Shown: piece after piece, positions 13,607 through 26,800 of the stretch
Numbering within the stretch: the first letter of the stretch is position 1
Layout: each line of letters opens with the position of its first letter
Assembly: GCA_051362555.1 (NCBI GenBank)
Contig: CM120640.1
Location: forward strand, 32,321,967-32,385,966
Direction of reading: 5' to 3'
DNA length: 64,000 nt
DNA from: Lingula anatina
Lineage: Eukaryota; Animalia; Brachiopoda
Translations under genes and position numbers: made by a program
The notes under the pieces: generated by a model
Seen by the model: the letters and a program-made list of their open reading frames with translations, nothing else
Databases searched by the model: none
What the model was told of the DNA's origin: nothing

Positions 13607-14494
13607 CAACTTGCTCTTAGGTTAATCATTCATTCTAGCATTTGTATATATGCATCTGTATCTAGTTTGAAAGCATTGTGTCGTCATCCCTGGGGACACC
13701 GTGATTGGCTGGTCACTGTATGGCTACAGATGTTAAAAGCACCTGAAACGAGATTCTACATACGGACGACTAATGTAAACTTTAACTTAATTTACTCTAC
13801 GGCGTGTACACTTATTTTCACATTTTGTTGCGGGATTTTCAAACTGACACAACGATGCTACACGTATGTTTGATGATAATCATTGACATGTATGTATGTG
13901 TGTATCTTTGTGTTGTGTTTGTTAAATGTTATTTTGAGAGTACTTGAAAGATTAAGCGATGTAATTTCCCAGGGATACCTTGTAATACTTCTGGTTTAGT
14001 TGTCTATAAATTGATTTATTTTAATCCGTCGAGTATTTACAGCATATTTCTTAACGCTTCAATCTTGAAGCCTTACTACAGAGTTCTCAATGTAACCGTT
14101 GGCGCTTGTTGATTTTGCGGTGAAATATATTCAGAAAAACTGTACATACTGTCGAATTGCGATTGTAATTAAACTAGTTGCTAGTGGCTATTTTGTCTGG
14201 AGTAAAACATCCAACGTACAAAGAGACATTCAAGGTGTAAATCAATTATTGATACATGTATATGAATTTTCGACTACGTATGAACTGGCATGGGCTGGGA
14301 AAAAGTTTATTAATACTGAATTTGATGTCAGTTTATGAGCGTATGCATCTCTTCGATCGACAGATCCTCATAGTGGATAATTGTAAGCGGTACATTAAAT
14401 GGCACTCAAACGCTCAATTCTGATTTATCATTAGATATCAAATTTGGTTCAAGCATCGTGAATATCGTACAGCGTATTCATCTTAACATATTAA

Positions 14495-14514
14495 CGTCTT
14501 CCTCTTTCTTGCAG
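14495..14514 (+). promoter_or_regulatory. Splice acceptor of the terminal, CDS-containing exon of GPCR paralog 1
   Basis: Polypyrimidine tract plus CAG (cgtcttcctctttcttgcag|ag), 389 nt upstream of the ATG. The same arrangement is seen in paralog 2. Confidence 0.7.
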
Positions 14515-14903
14515 AGGCCTTCTGAAGAGGAATGGTCCATGGCGATGTGATACAGAAAACACTTGATTTCGACGGCAAGGACTCCTGTCTTACACGTGGC
14601 GCAGTGCGTCTGGGGTTTTCAAGCGGCATATAGGAAATTAACCCTAATTGAGACAAATGGTACAAAAAGAGAGAAAAAAAGAAGTGAGATTAGCGCATTA
14701 AGCAACGTTATTGATTTGCGTCGGCTGCCGAGAATAAAAAGAGACGGATTGTATGATTGAGTCTTTTGATCTCCAGCGAGAAAGCCAGAGACAATAGAAA
14801 TTAACCTTTGCGTGTTAAAACTGCACGGAAACGTTTGCTATCATATTACAATCAAAAATAAAATAAAATAAAGCAAGAAAAAGGTCGTGTCGAAGGAGCT
14901 AAT

Positions 14904-16199
14904 ATGACTACTCTGAACATTTCAGTTTATGGGACTTTACACCTTAGAAAAATAGCATGCGATGCTCTGCCAAGGAACCCCTTCTCAGTAGAGGAATACG
15001 TTTTGTTCGCACTTTTGGCCTTTTTCTGCGTGACAGGTGTTGTAGGCAACGCCTTGGTTTTTGTTGTGTACTTCAAGAAGCGGGATCGCCAAACATCTAC
15101 GCTTTTCATCCTTACCCTGGCAGGAACCGATTTCATAACCTGCATAGCAAATATCCCTTTCACGCTGGTCATAGAGTACTACAGCTCTTACATTGAATAT
15201 GATGTACTGTGCAAACTTTACAAATTTCTTATGACGTCCTCTGTCCCCTTCTCGGCATTCATCATGTCCGCCATCGCCGTTGACCGCTACCTTTGTATTT
15301 GCCATCCTCTGGCACATATAATGACACTGGCCAGAGCCAAAATGATCATTGCCGGACTCGTTTTATTGGCATGCATTGCAGGATTGGTAGTCAGCCTGTG
15401 TTATGGGGTTTACCAGGCATGTTCTGTCCCAAGCACAACCAATGTTACTAATGACACTGCGTTTTTTCATACTTTTGACACGTCTGTGTTCAATACATCG
15501 GATGCTCACCTACGTCCAACAAGTGGTTTGCTCGATACTCTTACTCTGACATGGAACAAACTTCTTCAGACATCCGAGCGCCGTGAAGAAGTCGAAGAAA
15601 TCAAATACACCGGCTACTGCATATCCAACACTCTGCTTCTCGGAGATGAGGTGCGGACAATTTACAAGTATTTCCACCTTGGCCTTTATCTCTCATCGCT
15701 TGTGATAGTCCTCGTCCTATACTCACTTTTATACATGTCGGTCATCGAACGGCGACGAAAGAGACGGCGACAGAGAACAGAGGTGGTGCCCAGTCGCCTT
15801 ACTGCTACCACCAACGGTAACAATGGGACATCTACGACTGTGCTTACCACGACAGAAGAAACAGAAATGAATTCCATCCATTGTGGGAACGGAGAAAAGA
15901 TTGAATTTATCCCGAAAGTCCAACGACCCATCCTACAGCGAAGACAAACTCTCGAAAAGTCGCGAGATAGAGCAGCAAATTTAAAAACTGCCGCCATGTT
16001 GTTTGTCGTGGCGGTGGTGTTTCTAATCAGTTTTTTGCCAGGAATTCTTATAACCGCAAACATTATCGAAATACCTGATTCAAATTTGGCGAAAATATTT
16101 TTCTACTTTTTCTTTATAAACCACGTTACTAATCCTGTCATCTATTCGTTTATGAACCAAAATTTTCGAGACGACATGAGGAAAATATTAGATTGTTAA
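14904..16199 (+). CDS. Class A (rhodopsin-like) 7TM orphan GPCR, intronless CDS, paralog 1 (431 aa)
   Basis: Long ATG-initiated ORF with seven hydrophobic segments and class A motifs: TM1 GN (VGNALV), TM2 LAxxD (LAGTD), C3.25 (LCK), DRY (VDRYLCICHP), TM6 FxxSFLP, TM7 NPxxY (NPVIY) and helix 8 (NQNFRDDM). Long N-glycosylated ECL2 and basic ICL3. Confidence 0.96.
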   Translation: MTTLNISVYGTLHLRKIACDALPRNPFSVEEYVLFALLAFFCVTGVVGNALVFVVYFKKRDRQTSTLFILTLAGTDFITCIANIPFTLVIEYYSSYIEYDVLCKLYKFLMTSSVPFSAFIMSAIAVDRYLCICHPLAHIMTLARAKMIIAGLVLLACIAGLVVSLCYGVYQACSVPSTTNVTNDTAFFHTFDTSVFNTSDAHLRPTSGLLDTLTLTWNKLLQTSERREEVEEIKYTGYCISNTLLLGDEVRTIYKYFHLGLYLSSLVIVLVLYSLLYMSVIERRRKRRRQRTEVVPSRLTATTNGNNGTSTTVLTTTEETEMNSIHCGNGEKIEFIPKVQRPILQRRQTLEKSRDRAANLKTAAMLFVVAVVFLISFLPGILITANIIEIPDSNLAKIFFYFFFINHVTNPVIYSFMNQNFRDDMRKILDC

Positions 16200-17165
16200 A
16201 CGAATGGTGAGAAACGAATATGACTATCATTAATCAGATCATTGTGTTTGAATAAGTTAATAAAAAGTAGGATTAACCATGGCCCTTGCATTCATACTCC
16301 ATCAGTTTCTATAAGTCGCTTACTTTCGTTTCCCAAAAAATAGTAGATATTACGGTCGATACTGAAGTAGAGAAAGCCTGCTTCTAAAAGAGTCTTAAAG
16401 ATGAATTACCAGACAAGTCGACCTTTGTTTTCGATTGATCTTACTATGGAACTGACCTTTTCTTATCTTGCATATGAGCTCAAAAGTTTCCCCATGTACA
16501 TTCTAAAGGGTAAGGTTTAATTGACGCAGTGTTGCTGTTGCTGAGACAACATCCGTTTAGCTAGACGTCCCTGTGCTGAATGTAAGGTACAAAGAGAAAC
16601 TGTTAAACACAAGTACAAAATTAAAAATAAAAAAACTCTTGTTGAACTCACTGAGGACAAGTAATACTTTTGATCATTTAAAGTTTTTTGCAGAGTAATG
16701 GCAAGGCTCATTGGTTGGATCTTCTGAAAGTATACCGTTTACTCGAGATAAATCCGCAAGACGAGTTTTTCGCGGGAAAATGTTACAGTGTGCATCTTAA
16801 AAGGACAAAGAGGCTAAAAAGGACAAACGTGTAAGGTACTGGAGTTTGTCGTATTCCATAACCTTATTGTGGTCTACTGGTATATTCCACAAGGTTATCT
16901 CATAAATATTAGAACGCTTTAATTGATATATTTACTTGTTGATGCTGCATTTGCCAATATATGATGGATGGGCTAATAAAAGGAGTTTTACTATTCCTCG
17001 AGACAATAGTTAAATTTAATAGTTAAATAATTATCTGTTCATGTTTAAGTTGATAACATGTAATGTTATCGTCTTGCTTCTATTTAGCACATTGTTTTTA
17101 TCATATACACTATTAGAGGCGATGGAGGTTGCTGGTAAGTTACCGTAAATATGACGTTTATGTCT

Positions 17166-17210
17166 AATAAAGTGAACATCTTTCATTTCGACTTTTCCTT
17201 GTGTTTATTA
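17166..17210 (+). terminator. Candidate polyadenylation signal of GPCR paralog 1
   Basis: AATAAA at 17166-17171 followed by a T/GT-rich downstream element (cttttccttgtgtttatt). An alternative AATAAA lies at 16259. Confidence 0.4.
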
Positions 17211-17761
17211 GGTACTAAATAATGCACTGCCCACAAGCACGATATACACGGTAGCATGCTACACATGCTATCATGTATATAACCATGGATACATGTTTTC
17301 GTGAATATAGGGCTAGGGTTAACAGTGCATTATTTGTCATACATACATACATACAAAGGGAGATCATACATGTTTCCCACACCAAACCCCCTAATTTTGA
17401 ATAGAATAAGCAGATTTCACTGCACTGATATTACCGCGCATAGGGGCATGTTTTACTTTTTAGTTTTTAGCGCCGGGAGTATGTGGTTATAATCAAGCTG
17501 ATCCTCTTCAATCATTGTTTAGTTCTTTACATGACATTTCTGTTGTTTTACGAGTTCGAAGTTAATCTAGTCCTCTCTTAAACTGCGGCATAGAGGCGGT
17601 AGACGGCTATTAAACAGCCTCGCCACAATTTATTCAATTTAGGAAAGCTCCTGAGAACATCATTTAGTACATCATATACACGTCCCTTATGCACAAAGGT
17701 AATTTGCCTATTCTGTCTACTACAGCTCGTTTTACGGCAACATGAAATCTCTGTTTACTGC

Positions 17762-17793
17762 AAAAAAAAAAAAAAAAAAAAAAAAGAAGAAGA

Positions 17794-17836
<43 letters not shown>
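17762..17836. repeat. poly(A)-(GAA)-(GA)n compound polypurine tract
   Basis: Direct inspection. Confidence 0.95.
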
Positions 17837-17839
<3 letters not shown>

Positions 17840-20800
17840 CAATTATGGCTATATATCGTTACTTCTGAGGGAGACTCCTGATCATGCTCACACTTGTAGG
17901 TCTACAGATACCTAGATAGGCACGTAAAGATTGTGTACGGCACGACAACAATATACATGCTCGAAAGCATGCTTTTATCAACAAATTCATTAGCAAACAA
18001 ACACCCCCCCCCAAAAAAAAAAAAAAAAAAAAAAACAACAACAAAATAATATAAAATAGAATAAAATTAAATTAAATAAAAAAATACACATCAATCTTTA
18101 ACTGCACAACTCTTGTACAGTGTTAGTGCTATTTATATGGCGGTACAGAGTGCGCACTGTTCAACTCGGAATTTTTTTTCTTGACATTTGAGGAGAATAC
18201 CTACTTGTACCCTCTACCAGAGCCACCAATTGATTTTCACTGGATATTTTCAGATAATTACGTGCACTTTTCTGTGCAGTAAGGATTGTGTCGTAAATTA
18301 GCCCGAGACGGCTGTGAATATTTGGTGAAAAACCAATCTGTGGCACTGGTAGAGAGTAGAGAATCCCCATAATAAAGAATCTAATTGGTTTGAGTTTCAT
18401 ACATGATAGATGTTTGTTTTCTTCTTTTCGATCTGAACTTCTTTCTTTATACTTTATGTATATAGTTTATGGCTTTATAGTTTTAATTATCCTTGGCACT
18501 TAAAATAACGTCCTATCAAACTAACACATCAATATGGGATGTTGAATTTCTGGGATCTATTCCGATTGAATGAACCAAAAGACGCTCTTTAAGACGGGAT
18601 GCCGTTACATGAAGGCATTACCAGTAACTACATGTACCCGTTTGAATGAAATCTTCCAAAGACGAAAATCACGATTCAGTTATTTCATTTCTAAATGTTA
18701 AATGTTCAATCAATTAAGCTACATGTATCTCCACACTTTTATGACAACAAGTTTACTATTGGGGATTTATGGCATCGCGTGTTTCTTTCGCCTGATTATC
18801 AACTGGATCAAATGATCTTACCTGAAATTCATTAATCCGAAGTATTAAAGAATGTGTATACATGCCAAATAAGCGGCTTAGAAGAAATTCCACGATATAG
18901 TCGGCCAGTATATCAAGTTTTTTTTCTTTAAACAAGTGTTTATACAGGATCAGTGTTGTTATCTAATAAAATTCCTCATGTAATTACCACACGAAATGCT
19001 ATATTAAAAAAAGTGGAAAGTACCAGTAAGCGTGTAGCGATATGGATGAAATATTTGCAAAACAAGGTAGAAGTCCTTGCTGTAATAATGTCTTTGTTCC
19101 ACTTTCCCAACTGAAGTGTTTCCGATAGCCATTGTTGTCAACGCGTGCAAATCGAATTCTAATGAAGATTTCTAAATGTCACTGATGTGGACTGATGCTG
19201 TTTTTGATTAGGTCATGCCTGTCCAGATAACTTTAACCGAGCTCTGCCGTCAAGTCGTTGATTGGCAAGATCAGATTTAAACGAAACTGTTTTTTTCTCT
19301 TTTATTGTTAAAATCCCCTCCTTTGTTTGTGTCAGAGAATCATGATCACTATTCACTGTTGACGCTCCTTTGCCTGATCACTTATCAAATTCTTCATTAA
19401 GGAGATAGATGAATGAATAAATCAAACAAATAAACAAAACAAAATATAATATATGAATAATAAATAAGGTAAAATAAAATAAAATAAAATACACTGTTGC
19501 TCAAAATGGATGTTACACCCTGTAGAATTTCGGTTTTTAATAATGTGATATATTTTAAATTTGTTTATTTTGATATATTGGATTCTTTCTTCCTTACAGT
19601 AAACAATGACCGTTTGACATTACCAATGCCAAATATGAGCACATGTCGACGGATTTGCCGCTCTAACATTAAGTTAAGGGTGTGAGGGGTGTGCGGATAG
19701 ATGTTTTTGTTTTGATAAAAAGTGGAATCTTCAAGCATTACCCTGTATCTTGTAGTAGTTGAGATCTAATATCCAAAAAACTATAGCTGAAGCCATGCCC
19801 AGTGCCAGGACCGACTGACATTGGTCTTAGCTAGGGACCAGATAGTTGTAGTCCATGAAATGGGAATCAGGAAACCCGGCATTTCAAGGCGAACTGTTAT
19901 TAGAGTACACCAGAGGAGAGCTACGACCGACAGTGTAGCCAAAATACACAGGCCAACTCCATGCCACTGACGCCCGGTGTCCTCCATGATAAGGAGTCCA
20001 CTTCCTATTCATTTGTACAGATAAGCCTAGCCCTATATTTTGACCTACTTAGGTCAGGCTAACCCTAACCATTATAACTAAATGGAGGGCGAACTTTCAG
20101 TTACATGGACCCTCAATTTCGTTATACCTGACTGTCCGTACCATCGTCAACAGAACCCGCACCTAATCTACCATTGCCATTGCTACAGAATCACGAGCTC
20201 ATCAGTTGCTTCGTCTTTCCCTCCGAACTGTGAATCGGATACTCTTCCAACATAGTTTTAAGACAAGAAGGATGGTGAAGAAGCCGAACACGTGGAGAGG
20301 ATGCGTAGAACAGAAACCGAACAGTCAACAATGTGGTCGTCGCAGCTGAATCCAGATCCCTACTCTATCCATGTAACGTTGCAAGAAAACGTAGAGGCTT
20401 TTCTATTCTTGTTCTGGATGCGCTTTTGTTTCATTGGGTTCAGTCCATTTGTTCTTCTTGTAGAAAACGCCAACGCCAAAATCATTTGATCCCAGTTGCA
20501 AGTGCAATCTTCCAGGACAACTCTCGTTTGCGGCATGACGATGCTATCCCCAATCTGCGAATGCAACATTCTGCTCATGGACCAACACTCCAAATGTCCA
20601 GATATGAACCCAGATGGGACGAGTTGGCGAAAGTTACATACAGGAGAAACCCATAGCCAGCAAACAGGCTACAGTCGAGACAAGATTTGACCCAAGAGTA
20701 GAGTGGAATCCTCCAGCAAAGATATGATGGCACTATAGTGAACAGCATGTCCAGTGGCGTATTGTAGGGTCCTTATCGTGCACATGGGGGGGCACACCCG

Positions 20801-23793
20801 CTATTGATATTAATGATTGTATTATTCTTATAATCAATAAAGAAATGTAAGAGCAGTTATGAAACTGGTTGTAACATTCCATTGAGAATTAGAAGCTTTT
20901 ATGTTTTTATATAGTCTGAAATCAAAGGTTTTTTTCCAGGGGCCACATTGAAAAACCTATTTAAAATACAGGGAGTGTGCAATATAGTCGTGTTTGTTTT
21001 TTCTTTTGCATGTTTAGCTATTAAATATTTTGTATCTGCAATGGTACAACTGAACATTACAGAAAATTTGACATCTGTTACAAAATCCATATATTTTATT
21101 GTGCTTGACAATAATTTTGAGCAACAGCATATATATAAAACATAATAAAATAAAAGCACAGTCAATTACGAAGCCAATCTTCATTCGTAACCACAATTTG
21201 AGGGAAATGTACAGTATGGATAGAGTTAATGGGTCGTGTACGCTATTTTTGTCGATCATTTTGCAACGATCGTGTGTTTCCTGTAACGATGATGTCAAAT
21301 GAAAAATCGTTTATCTAAACATGTCGTCTTGAGTTATTGATCTTGCTGTACAAGAAATGTCACACGCATTACCCTGTTTCTGTATATGCCATCTTTGACG
21401 TTGGGTTGAATGCTATACCAGTAGGTATATTTAAATCTATCAAACAATGCTATTGTTTCTCAATTTTTCTCAATCTATTCATTTTATGCCCCCACCCATC
21501 AAATGTCATTCATACCCGTTATAAATGTACCCACCGGATTTTTTACCTTCTGAAATTAACGATCAAAACACACATTAAAAAAAAACAATTTAAAATTTCA
21601 AAAAAAGTTACATTGTCTTGTCTCCATTTCGTCTGTATTTTTGCTTTTGGATACTCGTGTTCTACATGTATGTAATTTAACCCCTTTCTTTTTTCCTTAT
21701 ATTGTCACCCTGGGTTCATTCTCTAATACTGAAAGAATAGAACACAATGACTATGTCATTCATTTTATTAATTCTTATTTTGTAGGTATAAGCACTTGCT
21801 AGTTTGAGGAAAGTTGTTGTAATATATATATAGAAGATGCAAGTGAAAGATTAGAATGAAAATATGGCAATTTTTATAAAAAACAGTTTTTTGCCTGTGA
21901 TACTTCTGCTTTAAAATAAACTTTGCAAATTAACCTGAATTTTCCAGTTAAGAAGAGAATTGATTCAACTTTCAACACACACCACATGGACCTACAGGTA
22001 TCTTGAATGACATCGATAGCCTCAATATACCCACTATGCTTACGTCACAGTGTTGCGCAGAAATTTATTGGCTGCTGCATGAAGTTACGGTATCTAGCAG
22101 CTGGCCTTGAACTTTCACCAGGTGATCCAATGGCTAAAGCTGTTGCGACAAAATACACTCTAAATGGTATCTATCACCATATGTCATAATCTGTTAAATT
22201 GTTTTGACCGATAAATAAAAAGTCTACGCATTTGCACACGGCCACCACAGGGAATGTCTTTATCTAAGGGACATCCCTATCCAATGACGAAGAATCACTG
22301 CAACCCCCCAGAAGATACAGTTTTCCATTTATGTTAAATTTTCACGTGGCATGATTCAAAAAATTGTTTAGTTAACTTCAAAATCCAACCAAAAATAACG
22401 AGGAGAAAGTCAGCCCTTACGCTCTGGTCTGTTAGTTTGGTTCTGAAACTGTTTTTATTTGTTTTAAGTCATTTCAGAGGACCAAATTGCAATGAACTGC
22501 AATAATCATTGGCATCACTGTTGCAGGCAACAACCTCATGCTGACAAAAAAAGTCTTCACGTGTACCAAGTATTTGGGGCAGCAGCGTATAAATAGCAAA
22601 TAAAAAATAGGGTACCTCACAGGCCAAGGGAAGCGCATATTTCCGCTGTGTCATTCCCTGGATCCCCCGTTGTATGACGACTGTTTTGAGATGCGGTGTT
22701 ATCGTTTAACACGGAAATTGCAAGGTTATTTTCTAGGATCCTGCGTATTTCTGCAAAACAAGTCCAACACGCGATAATGCCATTTTTCGATACTTTCATA
22801 ACGGCGGAGAGTGAAGTGGACAATGACTCTCGTTAAACCTGAAGTACATTTATTGTGCGAATGGTGCTATTTATGCCAACGTTTTAGATGTTCTGATATG
22901 TGTATCAGAGAGAGCAAATGGAATCCATTCATTGTCACCATTAAAGGGGAAAAGGGGGTGAATAAAGTCATAAATAATAAATCATGCAACAGGTCTGATT
23001 AGCTATTGAAAATAGTAGGCGTATATGTTTTACGCTAGCATTTGGGCTACAATCAAAATGATCCAAACGGCAATATAAAGCCCACTTTCCCCTTCACAGC
23101 ACATGTAAATGTGTAACACCCTTTTAAAAATACTCTTAAATGTTTTATTTCGTCTCTTTATGTTATGTGATAAATGTGTACTTTTACAGAGGGCTAGGGG
23201 CATTTTACATTTATATTGGTGGTATGTTAGTAGTATTGTGTTTCTCGAGTGCATACAGCAATGACGGTAAGATAATAAAACATTTTTCGATACTTATGAC
23301 GTGCATTTTTGCAAAAAAAAAAAAATGTATTTCAAACCACCAATATTCTGTAAATTACCAAAAACTGATTGCTTTTTAGCAACCCCGTACAAGAGCATTT
23401 TCACCACTTTAGTTTATTTACGCCACAGGCACTTAACTAAAATTTACTTCGTTGGCGTGAGACAAGAATACATTTTTTGAATTGAGTAGCTTCTTCCATA
23501 CAGAAATGCTTTAGTTGGTCTCCCTGTGATAGTTCAATACGGCAATTATGTCCTCTAAGTCCCTACTTGGATGCAATTGCGCTTGGTCCCTCTGCCCCTC
23601 TGATGCAATTTCTCATATCTGAAAACAGCAGACCAACTACAGTTAATATTTTGGGTTTTTTATAAATTTCAAGGAGAATGAAGTGTAGTTCATGGATAAT
23701 GTAAATGAACCGAAACTCGACATTCTACTCGGTCTCCTTCGTATGGTATTTCTATAGAATGAAAACAAACACAGTACGTACTACATGCATCTG

Positions 23794-23805
23794 CACACAC
23801 ACACA

Positions 23806-23852
<47 letters not shown>

Positions 23853-23857
23853 ACACA
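23794..23857. repeat. (CA)n microsatellite
   Basis: Direct inspection. Confidence 0.95.
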
Positions 23858-26800
23858 GTATTTCTTGGGGGTTTCTCTTGTTTAACATGCATACACTGAT
23901 GCACATGCATAATCGTAAAAAAAAAAAAAACAACTAAATATACAATGGCATTATTTCGGCGAGATGTGATTGATATGTGGCTTTGAATGCTGGCAAAGCT
24001 TGCCGAAGCTAGATTTTTGTTATTAAAAGGATATAACTTACTGAAATGAATACTGCCCTTAGTTCGAACGTTGAGATCATAAGAAAAATAGTAAATTTAG
24101 ACAGAAACACAGTTTGGAATAAAAATGTGTACTCTTTGTTTAAAATACTTTGTTAAAAAAGATTCACTGATGCAAATTGTAGCAAAACATTAAAAGAATG
24201 ATTAGGGGAGAGTTCATTTAAAACAAAAGGATGTCATTAATCGTTGACCATAATAACTTCCTTGCATAAACAGTTGTAATAATATTAATATTTTAAATTT
24301 CCGTTATAGTTATTGCCTTAACAGAAAAAAAACATAATTACAATTCTTACAACAATTGTTTGAGGTGCATGTTTCAGTGGCAGGGCCATCTCAAAGAAAC
24401 AGAAAAGAAATGGAAGCAGTTTAAGTCATCTCTGTCAATGCTCGACTCAGGGATAGGGTAATTTCTGTTCTTTGTGGCATCGGCGGAAATTGGATAATAT
24501 TCTCTAAAACGACATAAAACCCATGCTACTGTCTTTGATATAGCGCTTAATCCCGCTCAGTGAATTATTTTTGGATCAATAACCGCTATTTTATATCACA
24601 GAGAGGGTAAACATTTTGACAATTGTAGTTTTCTGTTGAGAAAATTTAATCCACTTCCTTTATGGTATTCGTATAAGACAACACAAATAAAGGTTTTTGA
24701 AGTTGAAGTTAATAAAGAACTCTTAATAAAGAGTCCGTGAATGACTCGGCATTTGAATATACATTTCAATATAGATTTGATTGATTAGTGCGTCTGAATA
24801 CGGACCATAATGAAGACGTACGCTAATAATGTAAAACGATGAACTGCTGCCAAAGAAACCGCTTTGTCATTATTGGAAGAGTAATGATCTACAAAAACAT
24901 CGACGGCGAATTCACATATATAGATTATTAGTTCCGTTTTCCTGGTTTTATTCCGGTTTAAGAAACAAATACGATATAGAGTTATTTTGTTTCAAGAAAA
25001 AATAACTTTTCACAACCATTTTCTGAAATCGAACATTTAAAGAATAGTCTAGCATAAATACTTAATTATCTGTGGCATTTTGCCGAACGGGAGGATCGTT
25101 AAATAGGCAGGGAAAGATATCTTAGGTCGAAGATTGGACATTATAAGGGGCTTATGGAAACGTAAGTATCTGTATCTGGTTAAAATTGGTTATTCAGGTT
25201 TTACAATGGTACTTCTAAGTGTATCATTGGAACTGAATACCGCGGATCACATAGTTACCAAATGATCAAATGTAAAGCCACGGCAAATCCCAGTCCATTG
25301 CTGGAAAAATTCGATCGTGAGAGCAAAAACAAATAAGACCTCGCATTAGTCGCCCGCCATCATTTGATTTAGTTTAAGAGAGTGCTGTTTACCTCTCTGC
25401 TGAAATGATCGGTTTGTGTGTGTATTTCACATTTTCGAAACTCGTTTTCAGGACAGGATGACAGCTATAACTCACGGAGTAATGATTTATCGCAATGATT
25501 TCATATATGAAAACCGATCGGTCCTCTCAGGATACATTGTTTGCTTTGCTCTCAAATGCCATTTTGCCCTGCAGTGTTTGAAAGGGTAGTTGATTTTAAA
25601 CACCTTAGGCGTCACGTAGCGTTCTCAGGTGTTTAGCGTTACTTTCTGTGCAGTGTATTTGTAACAAGAAGTTAGACAGAACCCCTCATCAAACCTATGC
25701 GTACATTGTGTACAAACTTACAGAAAAAAACGTATTTGTAATTTTGTAAAAAGAAACTTGCTGTTTCCGTCTGCTTTGATGCTATAAAATTGGATTGGGA
25801 AAACGCCGACAAATTAAACAAGGGAACAGTATTGACTGTTTCAGTCTCGGGAGATTATGTAAGCCATAGTTGAGGATTCAATGCGGAAATACTTTGTTAC
25901 AAAAACCCTGCTGCAAACTTATCAGCTCATGCCTCGTTTTTTTCGAGCTTCACTATACACAGTTTGGGAATTGATATATATACTTTTTTGTATGTTTCTT
26001 AATATATGTACTATATCCCCGGTATTGGTCTTGGCTGACCTCTACTAATAAACACTTCTGAAAGCTTTTAAAATCAATCGAATTATTCACAAATGGCTCA
26101 GTCGGCTTACAGTGAAAATTTGAAATGTGGAGGCGCACTAAGCTGTATCAATCTAATTACAGTTTATGATCCAACCGTGATATCCTTTCACAGAGATATA
26201 TTGTTTTTCCTTCTACTTCGTCTTCAAAGAGACGCCAGGAGTATTCTTGGTAAATGTAGATGAGATATTGATATCCACTGAATGAAATAAATTACACAGG
26301 CACTGGGTTGATAGACTCTTTTTTATAAGAGTCCTCTCATTTTTTGTCACATTGCATTCGTTGTCTTCGTGATGATGTGAAATAAATGTCCGTGCCTTTC
26401 TGACACATCATAACGGGAGGGGTGGGGGAAAGGGGGGGGGGTTAAATACCAGCTTCTCTAGCATGAGTGCTTAACATACAAACACTGTATACTCATCTTA
26501 ACCACGCGCTGTGAACCACATACGTACAGTGTATTTGGTTCGTAGGCTGAATAGAGGAGCGGTGTAAGGCAAAGGGAAAAAGTGGATGCCCATCTGTTTA
26601 CTGACACTAACATTGAAAGACAAATCATGACATTTTGTAAAGTGATGTAAAATAAATTTTATGTAGCCAAATATTCACAAGCACAACCAAGCTCGGTTTT
26701 TGCTCAAATTAAATAAGAAATAAATCTATATAACTGAAAATTGTCATTTATTAAAAAGTCGAAAAGTAATATTATATGAAGTTACAAGACGGGGGATAGT

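Noticed and set aside
14927-16063. Minus-strand and alternative-frame ORFs overlapping GPCR1 (and likewise 48631-48813 and 49252-49572 over GPCR2)
   Set aside because: These are shadows of the real coding strand with no recognizable motifs.
14904-16199. Opsin or biogenic amine receptor identity, and a gene symbol such as CCKAR or HCRTR
   Set aside because: There is no Lys7.43 and no Asp3.32, and the motifs do not allow a specific orthology call without a phylogeny.
22007-22860. Slightly GC-richer coding-like patches with short ORFs
   Set aside because: No family motif recognized; it cannot be supported without a database search.
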